Shown here one piece after another: positions 38,270 to 49,027 of a stretch of 64,000 nt of DNA (positions within the stretch are counted from its first letter, which is position 1; every line of letters begins with the position of its first letter). A program made the position numbers and the translations under genes. Source of the stretch: an uncultured Clostridia bacterium (lineage in GTDB: Bacteria > Acidobacteriota > Aminicenantia > JBFLYD01 > JBBIMS01); assembly GCA_964649495.1 (NCBI GenBank), contig CAZYPR010000003.1, forward strand, positions 17,879-81,878, read 5' to 3'. The notes under the pieces are model-generated. The model did not search any database, had not been told where the DNA came from, and worked only from the letters and a program-made list of their open reading frames with translations.

Positions 38270-38341
38270 GAGTTGGAAGAAGAGGGAATAGGGGTAAATT
38301 TTAGGCTTTGAAAATTCTTTTCTTTTGATATATTATGTAAT

Positions 38342-39457
38342 GTGAAAAAATATTTAATTTATTTTCTTCCTGTTATATTTGTTGTATTTCTAATATTTTA
38401 TTTTCTCTCCTTTCCCGAGATTAAAATAAGTATAAAAAACCCAGTAAATTTTACAATTTTAGAGATTTTCGGTGAGGTGAGTTTAGCAAGAAATGGACAG
38501 GAAATTAATATAAAGGAAATCCCGTTTGTTCTCCATTTAAAAGATGAAATCAACATTAAACCATTCTCAGGTTTAACTATATTGTGCAAAAACTCATCTA
38601 TTGTAATCTGCCATCCCACTACAGTCATTTCCATTGGTGACAATTTTATTAACTTAAAGAGTGGTCTCATTGAGTGGAAGAATGGAAGGGATGGTATAGA
38701 AATCCATTTTGAAGACGGATCAATACTTTATCCATCAGGAAGAGGATTAATTGAGATAGATTCAAAATTAACTATTATTTCTTTAAAAAATGAATCAAGG
38801 TACAAAATTGGAAGTAGAGAGGGGAAGGTTGAGGAGCTCCAGAAATTAATAGTAGATGCGGGGAAATTAATGACAGAGAAGGTAGAAAAGCCTCCAGTTC
38901 TTTTATCTCCCAAAAGTGGTGAAGTTTACGGAGATTGGAAAAAAGATTTTGGAACCATGAATGTTTCCATAGCGGATCCAACTGGATATGATCAGTACCT
39001 ATTTGAAGTCTCTTCCGACCCATATTTTTTGAGCACTATGTTTTCCATATTTTTAAAGGATAAGGATGCTCGCATTTCCCTTGAAAGAATTGGGACAGGG
39101 AAAAGATACGCAAGGGTAATTCCATATAAAGGAAGAATATCTGGTCTTCCCAGTGAGTCTGTTGAATTTTTTGTCAAAGCTTTTCCTCTCTCCAAACCTT
39201 TAGAAGAAGGAACTCCTCCAAGAATAGATATTCATTCGGTAATTCTGAGCGGAAATATTGTAATTGTTAAGGGAAAGGTAGATAGGGAGTGCAGATTGTT
39301 TGTTAACAAAGAAGAAGTAAGTCCTGAACCCAACGGTGATTTCAATGTTCCAATAATTTTTAAAGATATTGGAGAAAAATGGATTGAGATTGAAGCAATC
39401 TCCCCTAATGGCTTACGCTCTTCAAAGAGACAGAGGGTTTTTCTGGTAGGATACTGA
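38342..39457 (+). CDS. Hypothetical single-pass membrane protein with a beta-rich extracytoplasmic domain (possibly FecR-like sensor)
   Basis: An N-terminal TM segment (YFLPVIFVVFLIFYFL) is followed by beta-strand-rich sequence with no catalytic motifs. It is 371 aa. Confidence 0.35.
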   Translation: MKKYLIYFLPVIFVVFLIFYFLSFPEIKISIKNPVNFTILEIFGEVSLARNGQEINIKEIPFVLHLKDEINIKPFSGLTILCKNSSIVICHPTTVISIGDNFINLKSGLIEWKNGRDGIEIHFEDGSILYPSGRGLIEIDSKLTIISLKNESRYKIGSREGKVEELQKLIVDAGKLMTEKVEKPPVLLSPKSGEVYGDWKKDFGTMNVSIADPTGYDQYLFEVSSDPYFLSTMFSIFLKDKDARISLERIGTGKRYARVIPYKGRISGLPSESVEFFVKAFPLSKPLEEGTPPRIDIHSVILSGNIVIVKGKVDRECRLFVNKEEVSPEPNGDFNVPIIFKDIGEKWIEIEAISPNGLRSSKRQRVFLVGY

Positions 39458-39486
39458 ATATGCAAAAAAACTTTATGGAGGCATAA

Positions 39487-40515
39487 ATGGGATTGTTTTC
39501 CTGGCTGACTGACCGAATCTCTTCAGATATTGCTATAGATCTTGGAACATCAAACACTTTGATCTATTTAAAAGGGAAAGGGATTGTTCTTAATGAACCT
39601 TCAATTGTGGCGTTAAATCCAAACACCGGAAAGATCCAAGCTGTTGGGAATGTTGCAAAAGAGATGCTTGGAAAAACTCCTTCCAATATTGTGGCTGTGA
39701 AACCAATGAGGGATGGAGTGATTGCAGATTTTGAGTGTGCTGAGAAGATGCTTGAATATTTTATCATGAAGGGAGGGGGAAGAAACTCAATACTCAGACC
39801 GAGGATTGTAATTGCAATTCCTACAGAGATTACACAGGTTGAGAGCAAAGCGGTAAAAGAGGCAGCAATGAGGACAAAGGCTTCTGAAGTTCATCTTATA
39901 TATCAGCCAATGGCTGCCGCTGTAGGAGCAGATTTACCCATCGATGAGCCTGCGGGAAATATAATTGTGGATATCGGAGGAGGAACAACTGATGTAGCGG
40001 TAATATCCCTTTATGGAATTGTAATTTCCCAGTCGATAAGAGTAGCGGGAAATGAAATGGATGAGGCAATTATTCAATATATAAAAAAGAAATACAATCT
40101 TCTCATTGGAGAGAAAACTGCTGAGATGATAAAGATTGAGATTGGTTCAGCTTACCCCCTCGATGAGCCAAAATCAATGGAGATAAAAGGGAGAGATTTA
40201 AAGGATGGGATTCCCAAGACAATTGTTGTTACTGATTCCGAGATAAGGGAGGCGTTAAGGGATGTTGTCGACACAATAGTAGAATGCATAAGGAGCGTTC
40301 TTGAGAAAACACCTCCTGAACTAGCCGCTGATATTGTTGACAGGGGGATTGTCCTCACTGGTGGAGGTGCTCTTTTGAAAAATCTCGATAAGAAGATAAG
40401 GGAGGAAACCTCTCTTCCAGTTTTTCTAACTGAAGACCCCTTGAAAACTGTTGTTCTTGGGACAGGAAAGGTTCTTGAAAATAAAGAGCTTTTGGAAAAG
40501 ATTGCAATTGGTTAA
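39487..40515 (+). CDS. mreB: Rod shape-determining actin homolog MreB
   Basis: It has the actin-fold motifs IAIDLGTSNTLIY and IIVDIGGGTTDVAVIS...VLTGGGALLKNLD. It is 342 aa. Confidence 0.9.
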   Translation: MGLFSWLTDRISSDIAIDLGTSNTLIYLKGKGIVLNEPSIVALNPNTGKIQAVGNVAKEMLGKTPSNIVAVKPMRDGVIADFECAEKMLEYFIMKGGGRNSILRPRIVIAIPTEITQVESKAVKEAAMRTKASEVHLIYQPMAAAVGADLPIDEPAGNIIVDIGGGTTDVAVISLYGIVISQSIRVAGNEMDEAIIQYIKKKYNLLIGEKTAEMIKIEIGSAYPLDEPKSMEIKGRDLKDGIPKTIVVTDSEIREALRDVVDTIVECIRSVLEKTPPELAADIVDRGIVLTGGGALLKNLDKKIREETSLPVFLTEDPLKTVVLGTGKVLENKELLEKIAIG

Positions 40516-40523
40516 TCCATTTT

Positions 40524-41312
40524 ATGGAAGTAAATGGTAGATTTTCCAATTTTACTTTTATCATTCTTTCTATCATCTTCTTTATTCTAATTTTTTTTCA
40601 AACCCATAAAGGTTCATCTTTTATAAAATCTTCCCTTTCATCTATAAACTCATTTTTTTTAAATTTTTCCCATTCTGTCAAAGAAAATGTAAAGGGTCTT
40701 ACTGAAAATTTTCAGGAATTAAAAAAACTTAAAAAAGAAAAGGAAGAGCTTGAGAAAATAAATCTCTCCTTAAAAATTAAAATATTCAATCTCGAGAATG
40801 AGCTTCAGAAATACAGAAAAATTGGAAATTTATTTGAGGGTTCAGAATTTAATTTTTTAATTGCAGAGACAATCGGATGGGACATAACCAATCCATATGT
40901 TGGAATTGTTATAAACAAAGGGACAAAGGACGGAGTAAAGAATTACTCTCCTGTTCTTGATAGATGGTTCAATTTAGTCGGGAGGGTTTTGAAAGCTTCT
41001 TACAGTTTCAGCGAAGTAATTCTCCTTACAAACTTTGAATTCTCAGCAAGTGTTAAAATAAAGGAAAATGTTTTTGCTATCCTTTCAGGAGAGAATTCTT
41101 CCCTTTGCACTTTAAATTATATTACAGCTGAGTCTGAAATCAGTGAAGGAATGGAGGTTTATACATCAGGATTTGATAGAATTTTCCCTCCTGGAATAAG
41201 GGTTGGAAAGATTGAAAAGATTGGAAAATATGACGGTGGTATTAGAATTGTAAATGTAAAGCCTTATGCAAACTTAAAATCTCTTGGTATTGTCCTGGTT
41301 TTGAAAAAATGA
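40524..41312 (+). CDS. mreC: Rod shape-determining protein MreC
   Basis: It has an N-terminal TM segment, a coiled-coil (LKKLKKEKEELEKINLSLKIKIFNLENELQKYRK) and beta domains. It lies between mreB and mreD. Confidence 0.75.
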   Translation: MEVNGRFSNFTFIILSIIFFILIFFQTHKGSSFIKSSLSSINSFFLNFSHSVKENVKGLTENFQELKKLKKEKEELEKINLSLKIKIFNLENELQKYRKIGNLFEGSEFNFLIAETIGWDITNPYVGIVINKGTKDGVKNYSPVLDRWFNLVGRVLKASYSFSEVILLTNFEFSASVKIKENVFAILSGENSSLCTLNYITAESEISEGMEVYTSGFDRIFPPGIRVGKIEKIGKYDGGIRIVNVKPYANLKSLGIVLVLKK

Positions 41313-41797
41313 GCTTGAACTATCTTGGAATTTTAGGAATTTTATTAGCTTTTATTATAAATCATTTAATTTCCCAGATAAATCCATTTATTCTACAGTT
41401 TGTAAATCTTTATTCAATTACGGTTATTTTTATTGCACTAAAAAAATTCAAGCCATCTTCTATATTGATTTCTGCATTTGCAGGTATATTGGAAGATATA
41501 ACCTCTTTCCTTCCCATCGGAGTAAACGCATTAAAAAAATTAATTCTTATCTTTATAGTTAGCAGGATTTCCAATTACATTTCAATATCATCATTTTTTG
41601 GTTATTTTATTCTGCTCTTCTTCTCGGTTCTTTTTGAAATTGCTCTTCTTATCTTAATAACTGGATTCTTTGGTCTAAAAAATCCCATCGGTGCTTTTTA
41701 TGAACTTCTCCTATTTCAGCCCTTAATAACATCAATCATTGGAGCTCCATTATTCATTATTTTTTCAAAAAGGACTGAAAATGGAAAGAATTATTAG
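41309..41797 (+). CDS. mreD: Rod shape-determining protein MreD
   Basis: It is a small polytopic membrane protein at the conserved position after mreC. Confidence 0.6.
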   Translation: MSLNYLGILGILLAFIINHLISQINPFILQFVNLYSITVIFIALKKFKPSSILISAFAGILEDITSFLPIGVNALKKLILIFIVSRISNYISISSFFGYFILLFFSVLFEIALLILITGFFGLKNPIGAFYELLLFQPLITSIIGAPLFIIFSKRTENGKNY

Positions 41798-43577
41798 AAG
41801 AATCAAACTCGTTGAGAAATTTGTCATTGTTGTCTTCTTTTTATTTTTCTTTGTTTTTTTCAGAGTTCAAATTTTGCATCACTCCTATTACAAAGATTTA
41901 TCTTTAAAAAATATTACAAAAAGAGTTGAAACATTTGCACCCAGGGGAATTATCCTCGACAGAAACGAAAGAATAATAGTTGATAACCGTAATATTCTTA
42001 GCCTCTCTTTAAAAAGAGAGTTTATTGGAAAAAAAGATGAAATTTTTGAAAGGACATCACGGATTATTAACCTTGAAAGGAGCTATTTTAATAATGAAAT
42101 TGAGAGAAAAAGGGCACTCCCCCATTTTGTTCCTGTTCTCCTTAAAAAGAATATCAGCTTTGAAGAAATTTCTCTAATAGAAGCAAGAAAGACAGATTTT
42201 CCTGAACTTTCAATAATTGCAGAACCTGTCAGATATTATCCCTATGAAGGGATTGCATCCCATGTTCTCGGGTATGTTGGTTCACTTTCGAGGGATGAGG
42301 CTTTCATTTATAGCGATTTAAATCCTGCTTCCCCAATAGGAAAAGCTGGAATAGAAAGATTCTACGACACTCTTTTGAGGGGTGAGAATGGATGGATTGA
42401 ATATTTCGTTGACAGTAAAGGAAAAATAATTATGAAAAGGGATTCTAAACCCTTCAAAACAGGTAATTCTTTAAAATTAACCCTTGACATTCCCCTTCAG
42501 AAGTTTGTGGAGGAACAGTTAAAAGGAGAAAAAGGTGCGGTTGTTGTTATGGATCCAGAAGATGGAGGAATACTTGCAATGGCTTCATCACCCACTTTCA
42601 GTCTCAATTTATTCACCCCCTCTATTTCATTTGAGAACTGGAGTATGGTTTCACAGGATCCCGCTAAACCTCTTGTAAATAGAGCTATTCAGGGTTTATA
42701 TTCTCCTGGTTCTGTTTTCAAAATTGTTCTTGCCCTTGCAGGAATGCAGGAGGGAATCATAAAACCAGAGGACACGATTTTTTGTCCAGGATACATAAAT
42801 GTGGGCACTGAGGTTTACCGATGCTGGAAAGGTGGTGGACACGGTCATACAAATCTTTACAAAGCTATTGTGGAATCTTGCAATGTTTATTTTTACACTC
42901 TCGGTAAAAAATTGGGTCCTGAAAAAATAAAAAAATATGCAAATCTATTAGGTCTTGGAGCTTTGACAGGGATAGACCTTTCCGAAGAAATACAGGGAAT
43001 TGTTCCTGACCCTGAATGGAAAAAAGAAGTTAGGAAGGAACCTTGGTATCAGGGAGATACAGTAATTCTTTCCATAGGGCAAGGCTATGTTCTCTTAACG
43101 CCCCTTCAAGTTGCAAGTTTAATTACTACAGTTGTAAATAATGGAGTAAGGAAGGTTCCCCATCTTCTGAAGGGATTTTATGACCCCAATGGCAATTTTC
43201 ATAATATTGAATGGAATTTAAAAGATAAAGAGAGTGGGATTAAAAAAGAATTTTTTGAGATCTTGAAAAAATGTATGTGGGGGGTTGTTAACGATGGCGG
43301 AACAGGAAGGGCAACCCTTATTCCAGACCTTGATGTTTGTGGAAAAACAGGAACTGTAGAAGTTGTTTCAAGAGGTAAAAAACCATCTCTTAAACCCCAT
43401 GCCTGGTTTGCGGGTTTTGCTCCATTGAAAAATCCTGAGATAGTTGTTGTTGTCTTACTTGAGAATGCAGGGAAAGGTGGTGAAAAAGCTGCTCCCATTG
43501 CAAGAAACATCTTTCTTTATTATTTCGGAAAACCAGTCCCTTTAACAAAGGAAACAGAGATAAAAACGGTGGAATAA
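41781..43577 (+). CDS. mrdA: Penicillin-binding protein 2 (elongasome transpeptidase)
   Basis: It has the transpeptidase motifs SPGSVFK (SxxK), the SCN triad context (...ESCNVYFY) and KTGT (CGKTGTVEV). The likely start is the ATG at 41781 (MERIIRRIKL). Confidence 0.85.
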   Translation: MERIIRRIKLVEKFVIVVFFLFFFVFFRVQILHHSYYKDLSLKNITKRVETFAPRGIILDRNERIIVDNRNILSLSLKREFIGKKDEIFERTSRIINLERSYFNNEIERKRALPHFVPVLLKKNISFEEISLIEARKTDFPELSIIAEPVRYYPYEGIASHVLGYVGSLSRDEAFIYSDLNPASPIGKAGIERFYDTLLRGENGWIEYFVDSKGKIIMKRDSKPFKTGNSLKLTLDIPLQKFVEEQLKGEKGAVVVMDPEDGGILAMASSPTFSLNLFTPSISFENWSMVSQDPAKPLVNRAIQGLYSPGSVFKIVLALAGMQEGIIKPEDTIFCPGYINVGTEVYRCWKGGGHGHTNLYKAIVESCNVYFYTLGKKLGPEKIKKYANLLGLGALTGIDLSEEIQGIVPDPEWKKEVRKEPWYQGDTVILSIGQGYVLLTPLQVASLITTVVNNGVRKVPHLLKGFYDPNGNFHNIEWNLKDKESGIKKEFFEILKKCMWGVVNDGGTGRATLIPDLDVCGKTGTVEVVSRGKKPSLKPHAWFAGFAPLKNPEIVVVVLLENAGKGGEKAAPIARNIFLYYFGKPVPLTKETEIKTVE

Positions 43578-44659
43578 TGAAAAAACTAAAGGATATTGAT
43601 TTTATTATTATTTTCACAGTAATAATAATTACTATTATCGGGATTCTTCTCATTTACAGCTCTTCTCAAGGGAAAGAAGCTCTCTGGAAGAAACAGCTTA
43701 TATGGGCGATTTCTTCAACAGGAGTCTTGTTTTCTGTGATATTTATAAACATAAAATCTCTGATATTTTATTCACCAATTTTTTATTTTCTATCAATTCT
43801 CCCTCTCTTCTATTTATTACTATTCGGAAAGAGAATAGCAGGGGCAAAAAGCTGGATAGACTTCGGTTATTTCGCTGTTCAGCCTTCTGAATTTGTAAAA
43901 ATAACAACAGCTCTCTTTCTCGCAAAGATAATATCAAGTTTTGAAGGAGACTCTTTAAAGTTCAAGAATGTTTCAAAAATATCCTTTGTTATTCTTTTCC
44001 CTTTTTCCCTCATATTTCTTCAACCCGACTACGGAACTGCATTCACTTTCATCTCTCTACTTGCATTTTCCATTTTTATCGGTGGTATACGAACCTCAAC
44101 TCTTATCATTCTCATAATTTTAATCTTTATAGGTGGGCTTTTTAGCTGGGAATATATTCTTAAGGATTATCATAAAGCAAGAATAATTTCTATCTTTTTC
44201 CCTGAGTTTGACCCAGAAGGTAGCAGTTATCAACTGATTCAATCGAAAATAGCCATTGGCTCAGGAGGTTTATCAGGAAAAGGTTTTCTAAAAGGGGACC
44301 AAACAAAGGCGGGATTTCTTCCAACTCCATCCACAGACTTTATCCTCTCCTCAGCAGGCGAAGAGTTTGGATTTATTGGCATTTTTGTAATTCTTTCCCT
44401 TTATATAATTTTATTTTTAAGAATTTTTAAAATAATGAAAAAAATAGAGGATAGGGGAGTTTTAGTTTTTGTTTTTCTCATTTTTTCCATAATTTTTTTC
44501 CAGTTTTTGCTCAATGTTTCCATGGTTCTGGGCTTTTTCCCTGTTATAGGAATCCCACTACCCTTTCTTAGCTATGGTGGCTCCTCACTACTTTCCCTTT
44601 ATCTAAGTATAGGTCTTATTTTAAATGGAAAAATAAGGGGTAAGATAGAGGAAAAATGA
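43577..44659 (+). CDS. rodA: Peptidoglycan glycosyltransferase RodA (SEDS family)
   Basis: It is a 10-TM SEDS protein with ...QPSEFVKITTALFLAK... and the C-terminal GIPLPFLSYGGSSLL motif. Confidence 0.85.
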   Translation: MKKLKDIDFIIIFTVIIITIIGILLIYSSSQGKEALWKKQLIWAISSTGVLFSVIFINIKSLIFYSPIFYFLSILPLFYLLLFGKRIAGAKSWIDFGYFAVQPSEFVKITTALFLAKIISSFEGDSLKFKNVSKISFVILFPFSLIFLQPDYGTAFTFISLLAFSIFIGGIRTSTLIILIILIFIGGLFSWEYILKDYHKARIISIFFPEFDPEGSSYQLIQSKIAIGSGGLSGKGFLKGDQTKAGFLPTPSTDFILSSAGEEFGFIGIFVILSLYIILFLRIFKIMKKIEDRGVLVFVFLIFSIIFFQFLLNVSMVLGFFPVIGIPLPFLSYGGSSLLSLYLSIGLILNGKIRGKIEEK

Positions 44660-44820
44660 AAGTTCTTTTTTTATCAGAAAATTTTTTGACCCTTTTATTA
44701 TTTTTTGTTATAAGTAAACCTTAAAATTAGAAAATGTATGGAGGAAAATCCATAGTGAGAAGAAATAAAACACATCCTTTCCTTTTTACTTTTAAATTTT
44801 AACTTTTATTAGGAGGGTTT

Positions 44821-45861
44821 ATGATAGGAATTTGTGGCTATGGTTCGTATCTTCCGAGATTGAGGATTAAATCTGAAACCATTGCTAAGCAATGGGGTAT
44901 GGATCCTGAATCTATTAAAAAAGGTTTGCTTCTCTACGAAAAGACTGTTCCAAATCATGACGAGGACACAATAACAATCTCTATTGAAGCAGCAAAGAAT
45001 GCTTTGAAGAGAGCGGGAATTTCTCCATCGGAAATTGGTGCAGTTTATGTAGGTTCAGAATCTCACCCTTATGTTGTAAAACCAACAGGAACTGTTGTTG
45101 CAGAAGCTCTCGGTATAACCCCTGATGTCCATATAGCGGATTTTGAATTTGCCTGTAAAGCTGGAACAGAAGCAATGTTTGTGGCATACTCTCAGGTTAA
45201 AGCTGGTGTTGTCAAATATGCCCTTGCTATTGGAGCTGACACATCTCAGGGAGCACCTGGAGATCCCCTTGAATATTCAGCCTCAGCGGGTGGAAGCGCT
45301 TTTATTTTTGGATCTGAAAGAATTGTTGCAGAAGTTATCGAAACTTATTCCTTCACAACAGATACTCCCGATTTCTGGAGAAGAGAGTATGAGTTCTATC
45401 CAAGACATGGAGGAAGATTCACCGGAGAGCAGGCGTATTTCAGGCACATAATATCTGCAGGAAAAGAAATAATGAAAAGAGCAGGACTAACTGCAAGGGA
45501 TATTGACTATGCGGTCTTCCATATGCCAAACGGAAAATTCCCTCAACAAGTAGCAAAAGCATTGGGTTTTGATCTAAAACAAATTGAACCAGGATGGATA
45601 GTTCCATGGATGGGTAACACCTATTCAGGCTCATCTCCAACAGGTCTTTCAGCAACTCTTGATATTGCAAAACCAGGGGATAAGATTATTATTGTATCTT
45701 TTGGTTCTGGAGCTGGTTCAGATGCTTTCATCTTCAAAGTTACGGAGAGAATAGAAGAGGTAAGGAATCTTGCTCCAAAAGTAAAGGATATGCTTGATGG
45801 AAAGAAGATATATGTGGATTATGGAAGTTATGCAAAAATAAGAGGAAAAATAATTGTTTAG
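44821..45861 (+). CDS. Hydroxymethylglutaryl-CoA synthase, archaeal/PksG-type
   Basis: It starts MIGICGYGSYLPRLRIKSETIAKQWGMDPESIKKGL, collinear with archaeal HMGCS. It has the active-site Cys context ADFEFACKAGTEAM and is 346 aa. Confidence 0.8.
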   Translation: MIGICGYGSYLPRLRIKSETIAKQWGMDPESIKKGLLLYEKTVPNHDEDTITISIEAAKNALKRAGISPSEIGAVYVGSESHPYVVKPTGTVVAEALGITPDVHIADFEFACKAGTEAMFVAYSQVKAGVVKYALAIGADTSQGAPGDPLEYSASAGGSAFIFGSERIVAEVIETYSFTTDTPDFWRREYEFYPRHGGRFTGEQAYFRHIISAGKEIMKRAGLTARDIDYAVFHMPNGKFPQQVAKALGFDLKQIEPGWIVPWMGNTYSGSSPTGLSATLDIAKPGDKIIIVSFGSGAGSDAFIFKVTERIEEVRNLAPKVKDMLDGKKIYVDYGSYAKIRGKIIV

Positions 45862-45870
45862 GAGGTAAAA

Positions 45871-47019
45871 ATGAGAGATGTTGCAATAATAGGGGCGGGA
45901 ATAACTAAATTTGGTGAGCACTGGAAAAAATCAATAAGGGACATTTTTGTTGAATCCGCTCTAATGGCAATTAAGGACGCTGGAGTGGATCACATTGATT
46001 CCATGTATGTCGGATGTATGTCAGGAGGCCTATTCGTTGCTCAGGAACATCTCGGAGCTTATCTTGCTGACTATCTTGGTCAAAGCTCAATTCCAGCTGT
46101 AAGGATTGAGTCTGCATGTGCATCAGGAGGCACTGCTTTGAGAATGGGTTTCATTGAAGTTGCATCAGGTTTATCAGATATAGTTCTTGTGGGAGGAGTA
46201 GAAAAGATGACAGATACGGATGATGTGACATTTGCACTTGCAACTGCAGCTGAACAGGAATATGAAGTATTCCATGGAATCACATTCCCTGGTTTATATG
46301 CTCTTATAGCCAACGCATACATGAAAAGATATGGGCTAACAAGGGAGCAACTTGCAATGGTGGCAGTAAAGAATCACAAACACGGTTCATTAAACCCCAA
46401 TGCCCAATTTCAATCAGAAATAACCATTGAAGCGGTTCTGAGCTCCACTCTTGTTGCTGATCCATTAAGATTAATGGATTGCTCTCCTGTCTCTGATGGT
46501 TCCGCATGTGTGATTCTTTGTCCTCTTGAATTGGCAAAAAAATTCACCGACACCCCTGTCAAAATAATAGGCTCAGGAATGGCAACTGATACTATTGCTT
46601 TACATTCAAGGAAGGATATAACAAGTCTTAAAGCTGTCTCCCTTTCTGCAGAAAAAGCTTACAAGATGGCGGGGATCAAACCAGAGGATGTGAATGTTGC
46701 AGAGGTTCATGATTGTTTCACAATAGCTGAAATTATAATAACTGAGGAACTGGGTTTCGCGGAGAGAGGGAAGGGAGGAGAACTTGTAGAGAAAGGTGAG
46801 ACATTCATTGGAGGTAGGATACCTGTGAATACCAGTGGTGGATTAAAGGCAAAGGGTCATCCAGTGGGTGCTACTGGAGTTGCACAAGCAGTGGAAATCT
46901 TTTACCAGCTCCAGGGAAGAGCAGAAAAAAGGCAGGTTAAGAATGCAAGAATAGGTTTAACCCAGAATATGGGAGGCTCTGGAGCCTCCTCAGTTGTTCA
47001 TATAATGGAGGTGGTATAA
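45871..47019 (+). CDS. Acetyl-CoA C-acetyltransferase (archaeal-type thiolase/SCP-x-like)
   Basis: It has [18 protein letters not shown], the Cys nucleophile context [13 protein letters not shown], and C-terminal GHPVGATG with an active-site Cys/His region. It is 382 aa. Confidence 0.8.
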   Translation: MRDVAIIGAGITKFGEHWKKSIRDIFVESALMAIKDAGVDHIDSMYVGCMSGGLFVAQEHLGAYLADYLGQSSIPAVRIESACASGGTALRMGFIEVASGLSDIVLVGGVEKMTDTDDVTFALATAAEQEYEVFHGITFPGLYALIANAYMKRYGLTREQLAMVAVKNHKHGSLNPNAQFQSEITIEAVLSSTLVADPLRLMDCSPVSDGSACVILCPLELAKKFTDTPVKIIGSGMATDTIALHSRKDITSLKAVSLSAEKAYKMAGIKPEDVNVAEVHDCFTIAEIIITEELGFAERGKGGELVEKGETFIGGRIPVNTSGGLKAKGHPVGATGVAQAVEIFYQLQGRAEKRQVKNARIGLTQNMGGSGASSVVHIMEVV

Positions 47020-47411
47020 TGTCAGTCCCAAAATACTGGAGAGAAATCCCTCAAAGGTATAGATTGGAGGCGGGGAAGTGCAAAAATTGTGGCTATATTG
47101 CCTTCCCTCCAAGACAGATCTGTCCTGAATGTAAAAAGAATGATTTTGAGAATATAAGACTTTCAGATACTGGTAAAATAATCTCCTACACAATAATAAG
47201 AGTTCCTCCCAAAAATTTCTCCTTCCAATCTCCTTATCCAGTTGCAATTATAGAGCTTGATGGTGGAGGGAGAATCACTGCTCAGATAACTGATGCAAGC
47301 CCTGAAGAAATTGAAATTGGTGCAAAAGTTAGGATTGTCTTGAGGAAAATTCAAGAAGAAGGGAAAGATGGAATCATATGCTATGGGTATAAAGCTACCC
47401 TTGAGAAATAG
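47019..47411 (+). CDS. DUF35 OB-fold/zinc-ribbon scaffold protein of the thiolase-HMGCS complex
   Basis: It has the [20 protein letters not shown] rubredoxin-like ribbon followed by an OB fold. It is 130 aa and translationally coupled to the thiolase (ATAATG overlap). Confidence 0.8.
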   Translation: MSVPKYWREIPQRYRLEAGKCKNCGYIAFPPRQICPECKKNDFENIRLSDTGKIISYTIIRVPPKNFSFQSPYPVAIIELDGGGRITAQITDASPEEIEIGAKVRIVLRKIQEEGKDGIICYGYKATLEK

Positions 47412-47413
47412 GA

Positions 47414-49021
47414 ATGTTTAGAATAGAAAGCAAGATAAATACATCCTCTTCTGAGTTCAAAGAGAACTTTGAGCACATGAAGAGGAGTGTGGAGGAGCTT
47501 AAAGAAAGACTTGAAGAGGTCAAGAAAGGGGGACCATCTGAAGCAGTGAAAAAACATAAAGAGAGGGGTAAGCTCACAGTAAGGGAAAGGCTTGCGCTGC
47601 TATTTGATCCAGGAACCCCATTCCTTGAACTTTCACCCCTTGCTGCCTATGGAATGTATAACAATGAAGCTCCCTGCGCTGGAATTGTGACTGGGATAGG
47701 TGTTGTCCACGGAAGAGAGGTTCTTGTTGTTGCTAATGATGCAACAGTTAAGGGAGGGACATATTTCCCTGAAACAATAAAGAAGCATGTCAGAGCTCAA
47801 GAAATAGCCATGGAGAATCGTCTCCCTTGCATATATCTTGTTGACTCGGGAGGAATCTTTCTTCCCCTTCAATCAGGAACATTCCCCGACAAGGAACATT
47901 TTGGAAGAATATTTTACAATCAAGCAAGAATGTCGGCAATGGGAATACCACAGATTTCAGTTGTGATGGGTTCATGCACTGCGGGAGGAGCATATGTTCC
48001 CGCAATGAGTGATGAGACGGTAATTGTGAGGCGTCAGGGAACAATATTCATTGGTGGACCTCCTCTTGTAAAGGCGGCCACAGGTGAGGAGGTGACTGCA
48101 GAAGAGTTGGGAGGGGCTGATGTGCATTGTAGAATTTCGGGTGTCTCGGATCATTATGCCCTAAATGATGAGCATGCCATAGAGATTACAAGGAACATCG
48201 TTGCAAATCTTCCAAAGAACAAGAAGTTTGAGCTTGATGTGGAAGATCCAAAAGAGCCTTATTACGATCCACAGGAAATTTATGGGATAGTTCCTAAAGA
48301 TCTGAGAAAACCCTTTGACATGAAGGAGATAATTGCAAGAATTGTAGATGGTAGCGAATTCCATGAGTTCAAAGAACTCTATGGTCCAACTCTTGTATGC
48401 GGTTTTGCCAGGATAATGGGTTATCCTGTGGGGATTGTTGCCAACAACGGGGTCCTTTTCTCAGAAAGTTCCCTTAAAGGTGCTCACTTTGTATCCATGT
48501 GCGCTGTCAGAAAAATTCCTCTTATATTCCTCCAAAATATTACTGGATTTATTGTTGGGAAACAGTATGAACATGGTGGAATCGCAAAGGATGGGGCAAA
48601 AATGGTTCATGCTGTTGCCAACGCAGATGTTCCCAAATTCACTGTAATAATCGGAGGCTCTTATGGAGCGGGTAATTATGCGATGGCGGGAAGAGCTTAC
48701 GATCCAAGGCTTCTCTGGATGTGGCCCACAGCAAGAATATGTGTAATGGGAGGGGAGCAGGCTGCGAACACCCTTCTTACTGTGAAACTTGAAGCCCTTG
48801 CAAGGGAAGGAAAAACCATGACAGAGGAGGAACAGGAGAAATTCAAAGAGCCAATCCTTAAAAAGTATGAAGAGGAATCTTCAGCCTATTATTCAACTGC
48901 ACGACTCTGGGACGATGGAATTTTAGATCCCCTTGATACAAGGGAAGCTCTCGCCTTGGGAATTGCTATGAGTTTAAACGCTCCAATCCCCGATCACAGA
49001 TTTGGTGTTTTCAGGATGTAG
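47414..49021 (+). CDS. Acyl-CoA carboxyltransferase beta subunit, methylcrotonyl-CoA carboxylase beta (MccB/LiuB)-like
   Basis: The N-terminal [28 protein letters not shown] and tandem carboxyltransferase N/C domains are collinear with MCCase beta. It is 535 aa. Confidence 0.8.
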   Translation: MFRIESKINTSSSEFKENFEHMKRSVEELKERLEEVKKGGPSEAVKKHKERGKLTVRERLALLFDPGTPFLELSPLAAYGMYNNEAPCAGIVTGIGVVHGREVLVVANDATVKGGTYFPETIKKHVRAQEIAMENRLPCIYLVDSGGIFLPLQSGTFPDKEHFGRIFYNQARMSAMGIPQISVVMGSCTAGGAYVPAMSDETVIVRRQGTIFIGGPPLVKAATGEEVTAEELGGADVHCRISGVSDHYALNDEHAIEITRNIVANLPKNKKFELDVEDPKEPYYDPQEIYGIVPKDLRKPFDMKEIIARIVDGSEFHEFKELYGPTLVCGFARIMGYPVGIVANNGVLFSESSLKGAHFVSMCAVRKIPLIFLQNITGFIVGKQYEHGGIAKDGAKMVHAVANADVPKFTVIIGGSYGAGNYAMAGRAYDPRLLWMWPTARICVMGGEQAANTLLTVKLEALAREGKTMTEEEQEKFKEPILKKYEEESSAYYSTARLWDDGILDPLDTREALALGIAMSLNAPIPDHRFGVFRM

Positions 49022-49027
49022 AATTAA